From Candidatus Ozemobacteraceae bacterium (GTDB lineage Bacteria; Muiribacteriota; Ozemobacteria; Ozemobacterales; Ozemobacteraceae), in NCBI GenBank assembly GCA_965140445.1, contig OZ223236.1, positions 32,001 through 96,000 of the forward strand: a DNA stretch of 64,000 bases, given 5' to 3'. This document shows, in pieces, positions 9,627 through 18,886 of this stretch (position 1 is the stretch's first letter; every line of letters begins with the position of its first letter). The translations under genes were made by a program, and so were the position numbers. The notes below the pieces were generated by a model. That model ran no database searches and was not told the origin of the DNA. It saw nothing but the letters and a program-made list of their open reading frames with translations.

Positions 9627-11339
9627 CTAGCAGTATTCTAATTCAGCAGCCCTTTCCCTCCTGGCAATCTCCATTTCACCGGAAATTGGTTTTAGCCTGA
9701 AGTTACCAATCTGCTCCTTAAGTTCGTTCGCCTGACTAGACATAACTATTGTTGCTGAAGCCATTTGCTGGGCACTGGCAGAGTTTTGCTGAGTAATTCC
9801 ATCAATCTGTCCAACCCCTTTGCCAATTTGAGAAATAAATTGCGCCTGATCTTTTGATGATTCGGCGATTTCACCTATCAATCCCGCCATTTTTACAGCT
9901 GAATTATAGATCTCTTTCAATGACAAATTAGTTTTCCCTGCTATTTCAGTCCCAATATCCACCTTCCGCACAGAGTTCTCTATCATCTCAGCCGTTTCTT
10001 TTGCGGCCTTAGCACTCCTACCCGCAAGGTTTCTCACCTCATCGGCAACAACTGCAAACCCCTTTCCATGCCTACCAGCTCTAGCCGCTTCTACAGCCGC
10101 ATTTAGAGCCAAAAGATTGGTCTGAAAAGCAATATCATCAATAACCTTGATAATATTACCGATCTGCCGGCTAGAAGCCTGAATATCAGCCATTGCTGAA
10201 ACCATCTGCTCCATTTCCAAATTACCTTTTTCAGCCGCTTCTTTGGTTGCAGCAGCCAAAGTATTTGAAAGTTCTGCATTTTCAACGTTTGCCTTTGTCT
10301 GAGAGCCAACTTCAATCATAGAGCTTGAAATTTCTTCAAGAGCGGAAGCCGTACTGATAGCTCCATTTGATAGAGATTGACTTGCTCCAGAAATCTGACC
10401 GGCCCTATCTGCAACCTGCTCGGTTGTATCGTTTATTTGATGCATGATATTGTTCAGGCTTTCAACCATCTTAGCAAGGGCGCTTCCAAGCTTATCATGA
10501 TCTGAATCTAAACGAACCTCCTGATCCAAGACGCCTTCAGCAATAGTCTCAGCCAATACAGCTTTCTGATATTGAGATTTGGCCATGCTTCTGAAAACAT
10601 CCGCCAGAATTCCCATCTCATCAGTTGACTGAAATTCTATGTTTGCTTCAAAGTTTCCTTTTTCCATCTCACGAGCACCAGCTGTGATATCTCTAAGCGG
10701 TTTCATTATCTTCTTTTTAATAATAAAATGAACCAAAAGGAGACAGGAAAAAAGAACGATAAAAAACATAGCCACGTTCTTTTGAGTTCGCTTTAGCAAG
10801 AAAGAAGAAGTATTTTCAAGGCTACTTAAAAGTTCGCTAGAGGCGCTTTCTTCAACCTTTTTCAGTTTTTCAAGCAGATCTGATTTTTCGCCCGCCAATT
10901 GATTAGCAATTGCGAAAAGTTCGTTAGTAGATTCACCATCTGCCATCTTTGAATATACAGAAGAAGCTTTTGAGTCAAAGTTTTCAACGCTCCTGGCAAG
11001 TCTTTCCAATTGTTCCTGTTCAGCTGAATCTTCCTTAAATTGAGCCAACATTAACAAGCTCTTTGCGACCTTTTCACCAATTACAATTGCCTGAGACACC
11101 TTTTCAGTGTCTCCAAGCAAAACCGCATCATTGAACAATTTCATATGATCTTCAAAACCATATAAAACATCCTGGCTCAATTTAGAAGCTGGAAATCTTG
11201 CACTTGCAGTGCGTTTCATCTGCTTGAGAACAAATTGGCTAGCACCGTAAAAGGACACGGTAGAAATAACATATCCGGTAATAATAACGAATATACCTAT
11301 CCATATCTTTCCTACTATAGAATTTTTCCATATACCCAT
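9627..11339 (-). CDS. Methyl-accepting chemotaxis protein
   Basis: Two TMs, a periplasmic helical domain, HAMP, and the IAFQTNLLALNAAVEAARAGRHGKGFAVVADEVRNLA signalling tip. Confidence 0.97.
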   Translation of the reverse strand: MGIWKNSIVGKIWIGIFVIITGYVISTVSFYGASQFVLKQMKRTASARFPASKLSQDVLYGFEDHMKLFNDAVLLGDTEKVSQAIVIGEKVAKSLLMLAQFKEDSAEQEQLERLARSVENFDSKASSVYSKMADGESTNELFAIANQLAGEKSDLLEKLKKVEESASSELLSSLENTSSFLLKRTQKNVAMFFIVLFSCLLLVHFIIKKKIMKPLRDITAGAREMEKGNFEANIEFQSTDEMGILADVFRSMAKSQYQKAVLAETIAEGVLDQEVRLDSDHDKLGSALAKMVESLNNIMHQINDTTEQVADRAGQISGASQSLSNGAISTASALEEISSSMIEVGSQTKANVENAELSNTLAAATKEAAEKGNLEMEQMVSAMADIQASSRQIGNIIKVIDDIAFQTNLLALNAAVEAARAGRHGKGFAVVADEVRNLAGRSAKAAKETAEMIENSVRKVDIGTEIAGKTNLSLKEIYNSAVKMAGLIGEIAESSKDQAQFISQIGKGVGQIDGITQQNSASAQQMASATIVMSSQANELKEQIGNFRLKPISGEMEIARRERAAELEYC

Positions 11340-11373
11340 AAATACATCTCACAATCTAAAACGAGGAATACAA

Positions 11374-11808
11374 CTACTTAATAGTTACAACCTTCACAGA
11401 ATCATGTGGAGTGCTAACTTTTATATAGCCAATTGCTCCCTTATTCTCAGAAACGAATTTAACCAGATCTTCTTCTGAATCAAAAGACTTGGGCGGCAAG
11501 CCCTGGCCTGTAAAAATAGCTTGTTTCCAAAAAGTCGAGAACTGAGAAGGACTTTTCTTTACGTAGCTTTTAAGGAATGATTCGTGAGCTTCACCGGACT
11601 TCAAGGTTGTAACAGTTAACTTTTCATCACTTGCTATTTTTTTCTTTTTACCAAGAAATGCCTTTTTAAGGTCACCTGACGAAACTTCATTTATAGAGCT
11701 ATCTTTGTGAACAATAACTACAACGTCTTCAGCAAAAAGCTTGCAATTCGTAAAATTAAAGAGCAAAACAACCGCAAAAATCATTAAAAACATTGATTTC
11801 TTTATCAT
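11374..11808 (-). CDS. Small exported phosphate-binding-like (PBP-like) protein
   Basis: Signal peptide then VVVIVH...LKKAFLGK...W...IFTG...V...V....GAIGYI pattern. Start re-placed at ATG 11808 after AAGGAA. Confidence 0.7.
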   Translation of the reverse strand: MIKKSMFLMIFAVVLLFNFTNCKLFAEDVVVIVHKDSSINEVSSGDLKKAFLGKKKKIASDEKLTVTTLKSGEAHESFLKSYVKKSPSQFSTFWKQAIFTGQGLPPKSFDSEEDLVKFVSENKGAIGYIKVSTPHDSVKVVTIK

Positions 11809-11829
11809 AATAAATTCCTTTCTCAAAGA

Positions 11830-13158
11830 CTAGAAATTATAGGTTGCTTTGATAGCAAACAAATTCCAGTTTTTCTTATAATTCCCTTTTGGGTTTAAAG
11901 TCGTAGAAACAAGAGCAGTACCATTCATCCAATGGTTTTCAATCTTGATGCTCCAGTTAGGATTAATATTATGCTTGTAAGAAAGACAAGTATCTTTCTG
12001 ATATGCAGTCCAGGCTGGATTTCCTGCAGCGACAGCATTTTTTCCGTCTTTATCGCTTCTATCAAAGAAATATCTTCCATGATATGCAGACCAGGCCTGC
12101 TTATCGTTGTATCGATAAATAACTTGCAGGTAATCTCCCTGTGTTGTTTGAGTGTTATATCCTTTCATCAAGGGCGATCCTGGAACGTTTGCCTGAGCGC
12201 CAGTACTAAGCTTTCCATTGGCCGCCATAAATTCACCTGCGAAAGTAAATCTTTTATGGTTATATTCGAAAGAACCCACGTCAACACTTTTAAATCTGTA
12301 TCCAGCGGTGATTGTGCTTGTAAAACCAGCTGAGATAATAGTATTTGTGCTTGGATTAATCAAAGGTTGGAAAAGTAAATCTTCTTTCATTTTGGCTGCA
12401 GTCTCAAAACGGCTTGCTGCAAACCTTAAACCTTCTACAGGAGTATTCCAAATTAGAGTTCCGGCAAACGCCTTCTTGGAGTCTGAACTTCTTGAAGGTT
12501 CGACTGCATGTTGGTATTTAAGTCCAGCAGCTTGCAAAGCAGCAGGCAATCTTGAGGTTAAGCCAGCTTCGTATCGGCCATGAACCCTAGCAAGAACATC
12601 TTTAGCAAAGTTTGAATCAGCGTCAAAATCTGATCCACCATAACAGAATTCAAAATCAAGGCTTCCCTTGCCCGCCTGAACAGTTCCATAGATAGATCCA
12701 CCGTTAATTGCCGTTACGAACTGTCTGAAGTTCTCCATGTATATAGTCCCAGGTAGAAGAACAGTGGTTCTCAACATATCAATATCACGGTATTTATTGT
12801 AAAGTCCAAAAGGAGCCTTAACGCGGCCAAGGCGGACACCAAAGTTGTCATTAATTCTGTAATCACCATATGCCCAATCAATTTTAACTTTATTGTTGCC
12901 TTCTGGGCCCAGGTCAGTAGAGATAAGCTGCATTCCAAGATGCAGTTTGTCATCCATCTGTTTCTGAATGTTAACAATAAATTCGTTGAACTCGAAAGTT
13001 CCATCATTGGTATTGGCTAAATGATTGTTGCTGCTTGATTTCAGGAACCCCTGACTCACAAGACCATGAATGGCAACATCATCACTGGCAAAAGCCGCAG
13101 ACGCACAAAAAAGTGCAGCAGATAAGAAAACGCATAACAAACCAAATTTCATTCTCAT
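11830..13158 (-). CDS. Outer-membrane porin-like beta-barrel
   Basis: Signal peptide, IHGLVSQGF, IDWAYGDY, RLGRVKAPFGLYN, C-terminal ...IKATYNF barrel signal. Start re-placed at ATG 13158 after AGGAG. Confidence 0.8.
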   Translation of the reverse strand: MRMKFGLLCVFLSAALFCASAAFASDDVAIHGLVSQGFLKSSSNNHLANTNDGTFEFNEFIVNIQKQMDDKLHLGMQLISTDLGPEGNNKVKIDWAYGDYRINDNFGVRLGRVKAPFGLYNKYRDIDMLRTTVLLPGTIYMENFRQFVTAINGGSIYGTVQAGKGSLDFEFCYGGSDFDADSNFAKDVLARVHGRYEAGLTSRLPAALQAAGLKYQHAVEPSRSSDSKKAFAGTLIWNTPVEGLRFAASRFETAAKMKEDLLFQPLINPSTNTIISAGFTSTITAGYRFKSVDVGSFEYNHKRFTFAGEFMAANGKLSTGAQANVPGSPLMKGYNTQTTQGDYLQVIYRYNDKQAWSAYHGRYFFDRSDKDGKNAVAAGNPAWTAYQKDTCLSYKHNINPNWSIKIENHWMNGTALVSTTLNPKGNYKKNWNLFAIKATYNF

Positions 13159-13493
13159 TGGAATTCTCCTAAAAAATTTACAGGACAATCCCTCCCAAGT
13201 CTCTCCGTAATGAAGACGCAAAAATGCATTAGCTGTGTCGACCCAGCGCACAACATCCCAGTTTCTTCAATAATTACCAATGTGGCCTATCTATTTTTTT
13301 TTGCCACTTTTCCTTCCGAAAAATCTTCTAAAATTATGTTTATATGCAACTCATTTTTTTCGGAATAATCTCGCCGAATAACGTTTATATCACCGTTCCT
13401 TGTTTTTATCAATAACTTTTTTGTACATTTTACAATATTGTTCTGCTTTTCAATTTTGGCAAAAACTTCAAAAGTAACCCTGCCAATTTTGTC

Positions 13494-13532
13494 AAAAAAA
13501 AAAAGGCTTACCCAAACACTATGGATAAGCCT
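13494..13532 (-). terminator. Intrinsic terminator after the 812-aa gene
   Basis: Minus strand AGGCTTATCCA-loop-TGGGTAAGCCT followed by a long T-run. Confidence 0.85.
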
Positions 13533-13548
13533 CTTTCAGTAATATTTA

Positions 13549-15987
13549 TCAGTAGCCCTGTCTTCTTAGATAATCATTAACCTGCTGGTTAACGTAAGTA
13601 TCACTATTTTGCCTGGTCCCAAGAGCCTGTCCAATAGGGTCATAGCTATAAACCGACCCAGGAACACTGCTTGTAACAGTGCTCTTGAACTGATTCTGAA
13701 CCTGAGAAATGGTTTTAGCAGGAAGCTCAGCTTTCAAAAAATCTAGAATTTTCCAAAAACTGGGAGCATCGCCTTCACTATACTTTGCCCTTTCAAGACC
13801 AGCCGCAAGAATTTCTGCCTTTGTTAGGCTGGCCCAGGATCCGCCAAACTTTTCAAGAGTTTGTCCATTTGCTTCATCAATGATGCTTTTCAAGCCTTTT
13901 TCAATTTGTGCATCAGACATTCCATCAGCTCTTTGCTGATTCATTCGCATATTAATAAATTCATTTCTGAATGCTGAAGGTTTTACCATATCCGCAGAGT
14001 TATAAGCTTGCCTTACTGCTCTATCAATTTCGGATTGAGTTAATTTTGCAGGGTCCTTGCTAATAATCTTAGACCACCAGAAACCACCTTTTCCCGTTAA
14101 ATCTTTTGTAATGATTTCTTTGCCATCCTCAGTCCGCACTACAATTCTTTTAACCCCATCATCTCCGGTTTCAACTTTCCCGGATAGTTTTTCGTCTTTT
14201 CTATCAACTTTGCCTTCCATTTGAGCCAATTTAGTAGCGTTATTCCTTGCAGCTTCGTAATATTCTTTTCTAATTTCAGCTTCAGCATGAGCTTTCAAAT
14301 CAGCATCATTCATATCCTTAAATTCAGGATCGTCTTTCATTTGCTTCAGCTTAAAATTTAGATATGAATCCTGCCCAAGAGACTTAGCAAGCTCAGCCTG
14401 TCGTGCAAACTCAATATCTTTTTCAACTTTAACCTTAATATCTTTCAAAACATCCTGATTTTCTGAAGCTTTCTGAGCAGCCGAAGCTTCTACTTTTGCG
14501 ACCTGATATTCTTTGCTAAGAGAAGAATATTCAGACTTATACACTCTTAAGGCCCTGCTATATTCCGAATAAGACCCAAACTCACTTCTTACAGGCTTAT
14601 GAGCTTTCAATACTTCTAGATCCTGGCGTATTGAATTGGCCTTTTGCCACTTCGCATCCTGCTTTTCATACTCTTCCTGTATCTTCTGCTTTTTCTGCGA
14701 AGGCAAATCAAAAAGTCTATTTTGAATCAGCGCTGTTCCCACAACAGCAGTTTGCATGGCTGCATTTGAAATCAAAGCTTTTTTACCAGCTTCTGCTAGA
14801 GAAGTATTCTTATATGTTTCCTGCAAGTTCGCAATTTTGTCTTCATAATACTGCCATGCTGGACTCCCAACATCATATTTCTGCTGTAACAACGAATTGT
14901 ATTTTATTTCATCAAGAAGCTCTTTCTTGGTTACATTGGCAACCGCTGCCCCGGAAGCAAAAGCAAAAGGATTACTAACAACAGCATTGGCAATTAAATT
15001 AGCTTTATCAGTTGAACCAAACAATTTGCTGGAAGCTATTTTTGCCCAGTCGGTAGTTCCAGCCATTTTAGACGCAGCACCGCCCAGAATTCCATTAATT
15101 CCGGCATAAATTGCCGCATTTTTTTCATCTTTTCTAAAGTTTGCCCAGGTATATTTTTCTTTGGTAATTGTATCTAGCTCTTTTAAAGCAGAAACCAGAT
15201 CTTCTTCCATTTGTGGTGATCTATTTTTAATTGCGGACAAAGTTGCAATTCTATTTTTGAGATTCTTTTCCTTCTCGTCATAGTTGTAGTAGTGATCATA
15301 CCAGAGATTTATCACTCCGCCCTTAGCCACGTTTGCAACTGTTTTTCCCGCAAAGCTAACAACACCTGCTTTTGCCGCAGTTCTTACAATAGATTTCACG
15401 GTTACAGGTCCGATGGCCTGAGCTATACCCGCTGTGGCCATACTAAATGGCGCCATAGCACCATTGACGGCTGCAGCAATAGTCACGTCTCTCCAAATCT
15501 TACTCATTTCCTTCTTTTGATCAGGATCTCGAAATGAATTGACTCTGTTTTCATAAGCAAAAGTTGTTATTCCCGCAGTTGCGGCCCCAATAAGGATAGA
15601 ACCGGCAACAATCCAGCCAATAGGTAAAACAACAGCAGCTGAAAAAGCCATTACTGCTAAAGTTGGTAAAAGTGCTTTGCCAATAGTCCAGGCCATTTGT
15701 TCAAAACGACTCATTTCCCTCTTTTTAACTTCGTCGTTTTCAGAGCTTTTACTTTCAACTGCGGTATTCTGAGAAGTTGCTGAGTCACTTGAAGACAAAG
15801 CAACTGAAGGCACATCTGCATCAATGTTGACTTTCTGTTCAGTGAAAGGAACAGAAGCTGCTGGTTCAGCGTAAACCCTTACGGCATCACCGATGCCTGG
15901 GGATATACCCAAAACTCCAAGAATCAATATTAGACTTAGAATGTTAAATTTAATTTTTTTCATGCTGTGTCTTCTTACAAAAAACAT
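13549..15987 (-). CDS. Hypothetical exported/membrane protein, 812 aa
   Basis: Long ORF with GGAGG RBS, an N-terminal signal-like segment, several Gly/Ala-rich hydrophobic segments and a coiled-coil-like charged C-terminal half. No family recognised. Confidence 0.85.
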   Translation of the reverse strand: MFFVRRHSMKKIKFNILSLILILGVLGISPGIGDAVRVYAEPAASVPFTEQKVNIDADVPSVALSSSDSATSQNTAVESKSSENDEVKKREMSRFEQMAWTIGKALLPTLAVMAFSAAVVLPIGWIVAGSILIGAATAGITTFAYENRVNSFRDPDQKKEMSKIWRDVTIAAAVNGAMAPFSMATAGIAQAIGPVTVKSIVRTAAKAGVVSFAGKTVANVAKGGVINLWYDHYYNYDEKEKNLKNRIATLSAIKNRSPQMEEDLVSALKELDTITKEKYTWANFRKDEKNAAIYAGINGILGGAASKMAGTTDWAKIASSKLFGSTDKANLIANAVVSNPFAFASGAAVANVTKKELLDEIKYNSLLQQKYDVGSPAWQYYEDKIANLQETYKNTSLAEAGKKALISNAAMQTAVVGTALIQNRLFDLPSQKKQKIQEEYEKQDAKWQKANSIRQDLEVLKAHKPVRSEFGSYSEYSRALRVYKSEYSSLSKEYQVAKVEASAAQKASENQDVLKDIKVKVEKDIEFARQAELAKSLGQDSYLNFKLKQMKDDPEFKDMNDADLKAHAEAEIRKEYYEAARNNATKLAQMEGKVDRKDEKLSGKVETGDDGVKRIVVRTEDGKEIITKDLTGKGGFWWSKIISKDPAKLTQSEIDRAVRQAYNSADMVKPSAFRNEFINMRMNQQRADGMSDAQIEKGLKSIIDEANGQTLEKFGGSWASLTKAEILAAGLERAKYSEGDAPSFWKILDFLKAELPAKTISQVQNQFKSTVTSSVPGSVYSYDPIGQALGTRQNSDTYVNQQVNDYLRRQGY

Positions 15988-16093
15988 TCCTACCTCCGAA
16001 TACCGGTTTTAATTGCTTCAGTATACTATACGTATCTAACGAAAAAAAGTTTTGCATTTGCAGATAAATAATAAAAAACTATAATTACAAAAC

Positions 16094-18886
16094 ATGGAGA
16101 TGAACTCACCCAAAAAATATCCACAATTAAGAAAAAGCTGGTTACAATTTTTTCTTATTCTTTCTGTAACTTTTATCCCATTTTTTTTAATTTATAACTT
16201 TCTGGGAATCTTTAAGCTTGAATCTATCGAATATAGAAATAAGAAGCTATTAAACAAAGCGAAATTAGAAGCAGGGTTCATACAAAGCAACTTAAATCAG
16301 AAACATGTAATTTCTAAAGCTCTGAAAGAATATTCGCAAAAAATTAATTTTTTTCTGAAAAGAAGAAATTTGAATTCCAATTTGGCTTCAAAGATTCAAC
16401 GCAAGTTCTTAAACCAATTTCCCAAGTCTTCTCAAGTCATTTGGTTTAATGAGAAATTAAACCAAATTATCGCCTCTCCTGACAAAAGTCCTCCAGCAAT
16501 AAGAGCCTGGCAAGCTTTATTAAGAATCGTCCTTGATCGACCAGAAGCGTCAAAAATAGATGAGAAAATTGCAAATTCACTTGTTAAAACTAATGTAAGC
16601 GGGCTCCTGTCTTCTGATTTTATGGTCAGAGCATTAGCTGAGCCACTTGAAATAATTTACGAAAAAGAAAGAATATACCTTTCCATATTAGAAATTGGGA
16701 ATAACTCTTCCAAGTCTCATGGATACGCAATCTTACTCATTCCTTCAGATAGAGCAAAAAAGGACTGGCATATAAAAAGAGCTCTAAGAGTGGCAAAAAA
16801 ACAAGGAATTATTGCTGGGGCCTTTCATGTAAATACAAGCTTATCTGACGATCAATCAAGCATTTCAGAGAACCTTATGCATGGGTTATACAAACATCAT
16901 ATAGCTGGCCAGAAATACATTTTTATTTCAAATGCACTTTATTACACGACCTTCTTTAACGAAGACCCTGAATTATTTGTCGCCATAAAAACATCACTAA
17001 AAGACCAAAATTCACTTTTAGCCCCACAATCAATTGAAAATGCTAGAAAACTCTTATTCCCAGCCTTTTTTCTAATGGCAATTTCTTTGTTTTTTTTAAG
17101 AAAAAAAGCTTATCAATTTTCATTGAGAGCAAAGCTATCCATAGTTTCTGCTTCGGTAGTTTGCATCCCTTTATCTGCAATAATAATTCTTGGGATAATC
17201 CAAAGTGCGCAAATTGAGCTGGAAAATGAGCGAACCCTTCTTAGAAGACATGAGGCTAAAATAACTCAAATTGAGAAATTCGTTTCGGATGAATTTTTAA
17301 AACTCGAAAATCAGATAAACAAAGACTTCTTTGAAAAACCAGAAAGTTTCTCCAGCCAGACTCAAGTTGTTGATAAGCTTTTTTCTACCCTTAAGAACAA
17401 AGGGTGCATAATAGCGACTTTATTTAAAAAAAATGGAGAAGTAGTTTGCCACAGCGACTTTAACATGGGAATGGCAAAAGAGAGAACCTCATATTTTCTT
17501 GCCTTCTTTGAGAAGCGAATGAAAAAAAATGGCTTTGACATAAAAAAAATCAAAGAAACAACCAAACTTCCAGTTCCATTTAGACTCAAAAGATTTAAAT
17601 ACTTGCCAACCTTTCAACATGATCTGGAAGGGAAAATGATAAATTTTGAAATAAGTGGTGTAAAAACCCATATCTTCACCAATTTCATAAAAAATAAATC
17701 GGAAGAAGTAATCGGATACGTTTGCGTTGAAATAGACCGAAACAGGCTGGTATCAAGTTTTCTTGAAAGTGCGATAAAGAACCAGTCAAAGGCAAATGAG
17801 AGATTTTTTCTTAAGTCGACTTTTTTTAAAGGTGTAAATTTCCTTCCAGCAAATAATCAAATACAGCAAATGCTTGACCTGATAAATATTTCAGGAAATA
17901 GATTTTCACAAAGGATCAATCACAAAGGAACCAAATACGGGGTTTATGGCCGACCATTAAGAGGAATGCAAACCGGGATTGTCTCGGTATTAAAAGAAAC
18001 AAAAACTGGTTTTTTTCAACTGTTTGATTTTAGAAATTTCATAATACTTCTTATAGCTATGGCAATTGCCAACTCATTCATAGTCTTTAATTTACTCCAA
18101 AATTATTTTTTGAAACCAATTTCCCAACTTTATATTGCCGTTAAAGAAATCTCTCTTGGGGCTTTTGAGAAAAATAAACCATTAACCGTCAATGGAGATG
18201 AGCTTGGAGAGCTTTGCCAGGATTTTACAGATATGGCAAAAAAACTTAAAGAAAAACAAAGCATGCAAAGCTATCTCCACACCAACCTTGTAACAGAAGT
18301 TTCAACAACCCCCGAAGCATCGGTTTCCAAAAAAAATGTAACGATTCTGTTTGCAGGGATTAGAAATTTTTCAGCGATTGAAAAAGCTCTTTCACCAGAA
18401 AGGTCGGTGGAAATAATGAATATCTTTCTTGAAACATGTGAGACATCTGTAAAAAACTTTGGTGGAGAGATAGATAAATATATCGGTGACACCGCAATGG
18501 CTGTTTTTTTTCATGAAATGCCAACAGAAAGCTCAGAAGCTGCCATAAAGTCCGCACAATTAATTTCAATAAAAATTTCAGAAAACAAAGAATTGAAATC
18601 CTTAGCAGAATTTTCTTTTGGAATAGGTATCTCTAATGGAGAAGTAATTTCTGGTCATATAGGCTCTCTCAACAAAAGATTAGACTATACAATTATCGGT
18701 GATCCTGTAAACATTGCAGCTCGTCTGGAAAAGCTTTCGGGAAAATCCCCTGACAATTTTTCGATTCTGGTCTCAGAATCCGTATATGCAAACACAAAAA
18801 AACACTTCGAATTTACTCGGCTACCAGAAATAAAATTAAAAGGGAAAAACAAAAACTTAAACCTTTTTGAAGTAAAAAATGGTTAA
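16094..18886 (+). CDS. Membrane class III adenylate cyclase, type A (HAMP + cyclase; first metal Asp replaced by Gly)
   Basis: Four hydrophobic segments, HAMP (GDELGELCQDF), TILFAGIRNFS, DKYIGDTAMA, DYTIIGDPVNIAARLE. Confidence 0.92.
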   Translation: MEMNSPKKYPQLRKSWLQFFLILSVTFIPFFLIYNFLGIFKLESIEYRNKKLLNKAKLEAGFIQSNLNQKHVISKALKEYSQKINFFLKRRNLNSNLASKIQRKFLNQFPKSSQVIWFNEKLNQIIASPDKSPPAIRAWQALLRIVLDRPEASKIDEKIANSLVKTNVSGLLSSDFMVRALAEPLEIIYEKERIYLSILEIGNNSSKSHGYAILLIPSDRAKKDWHIKRALRVAKKQGIIAGAFHVNTSLSDDQSSISENLMHGLYKHHIAGQKYIFISNALYYTTFFNEDPELFVAIKTSLKDQNSLLAPQSIENARKLLFPAFFLMAISLFFLRKKAYQFSLRAKLSIVSASVVCIPLSAIIILGIIQSAQIELENERTLLRRHEAKITQIEKFVSDEFLKLENQINKDFFEKPESFSSQTQVVDKLFSTLKNKGCIIATLFKKNGEVVCHSDFNMGMAKERTSYFLAFFEKRMKKNGFDIKKIKETTKLPVPFRLKRFKYLPTFQHDLEGKMINFEISGVKTHIFTNFIKNKSEEVIGYVCVEIDRNRLVSSFLESAIKNQSKANERFFLKSTFFKGVNFLPANNQIQQMLDLINISGNRFSQRINHKGTKYGVYGRPLRGMQTGIVSVLKETKTGFFQLFDFRNFIILLIAMAIANSFIVFNLLQNYFLKPISQLYIAVKEISLGAFEKNKPLTVNGDELGELCQDFTDMAKKLKEKQSMQSYLHTNLVTEVSTTPEASVSKKNVTILFAGIRNFSAIEKALSPERSVEIMNIFLETCETSVKNFGGEIDKYIGDTAMAVFFHEMPTESSEAAIKSAQLISIKISENKELKSLAEFSFGIGISNGEVISGHIGSLNKRLDYTIIGDPVNIAARLEKLSGKSPDNFSILVSESVYANTKKHFEFTRLPEIKLKGKNKNLNLFEVKNG

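Noticed and set aside
13175..13265. Assignment of the porin leader to a known riboswitch (c-di-GMP, c-di-AMP, glycine)
   Set aside because: Only isolated short words match and the core consensus elements are absent; kept only as an unassigned candidate.
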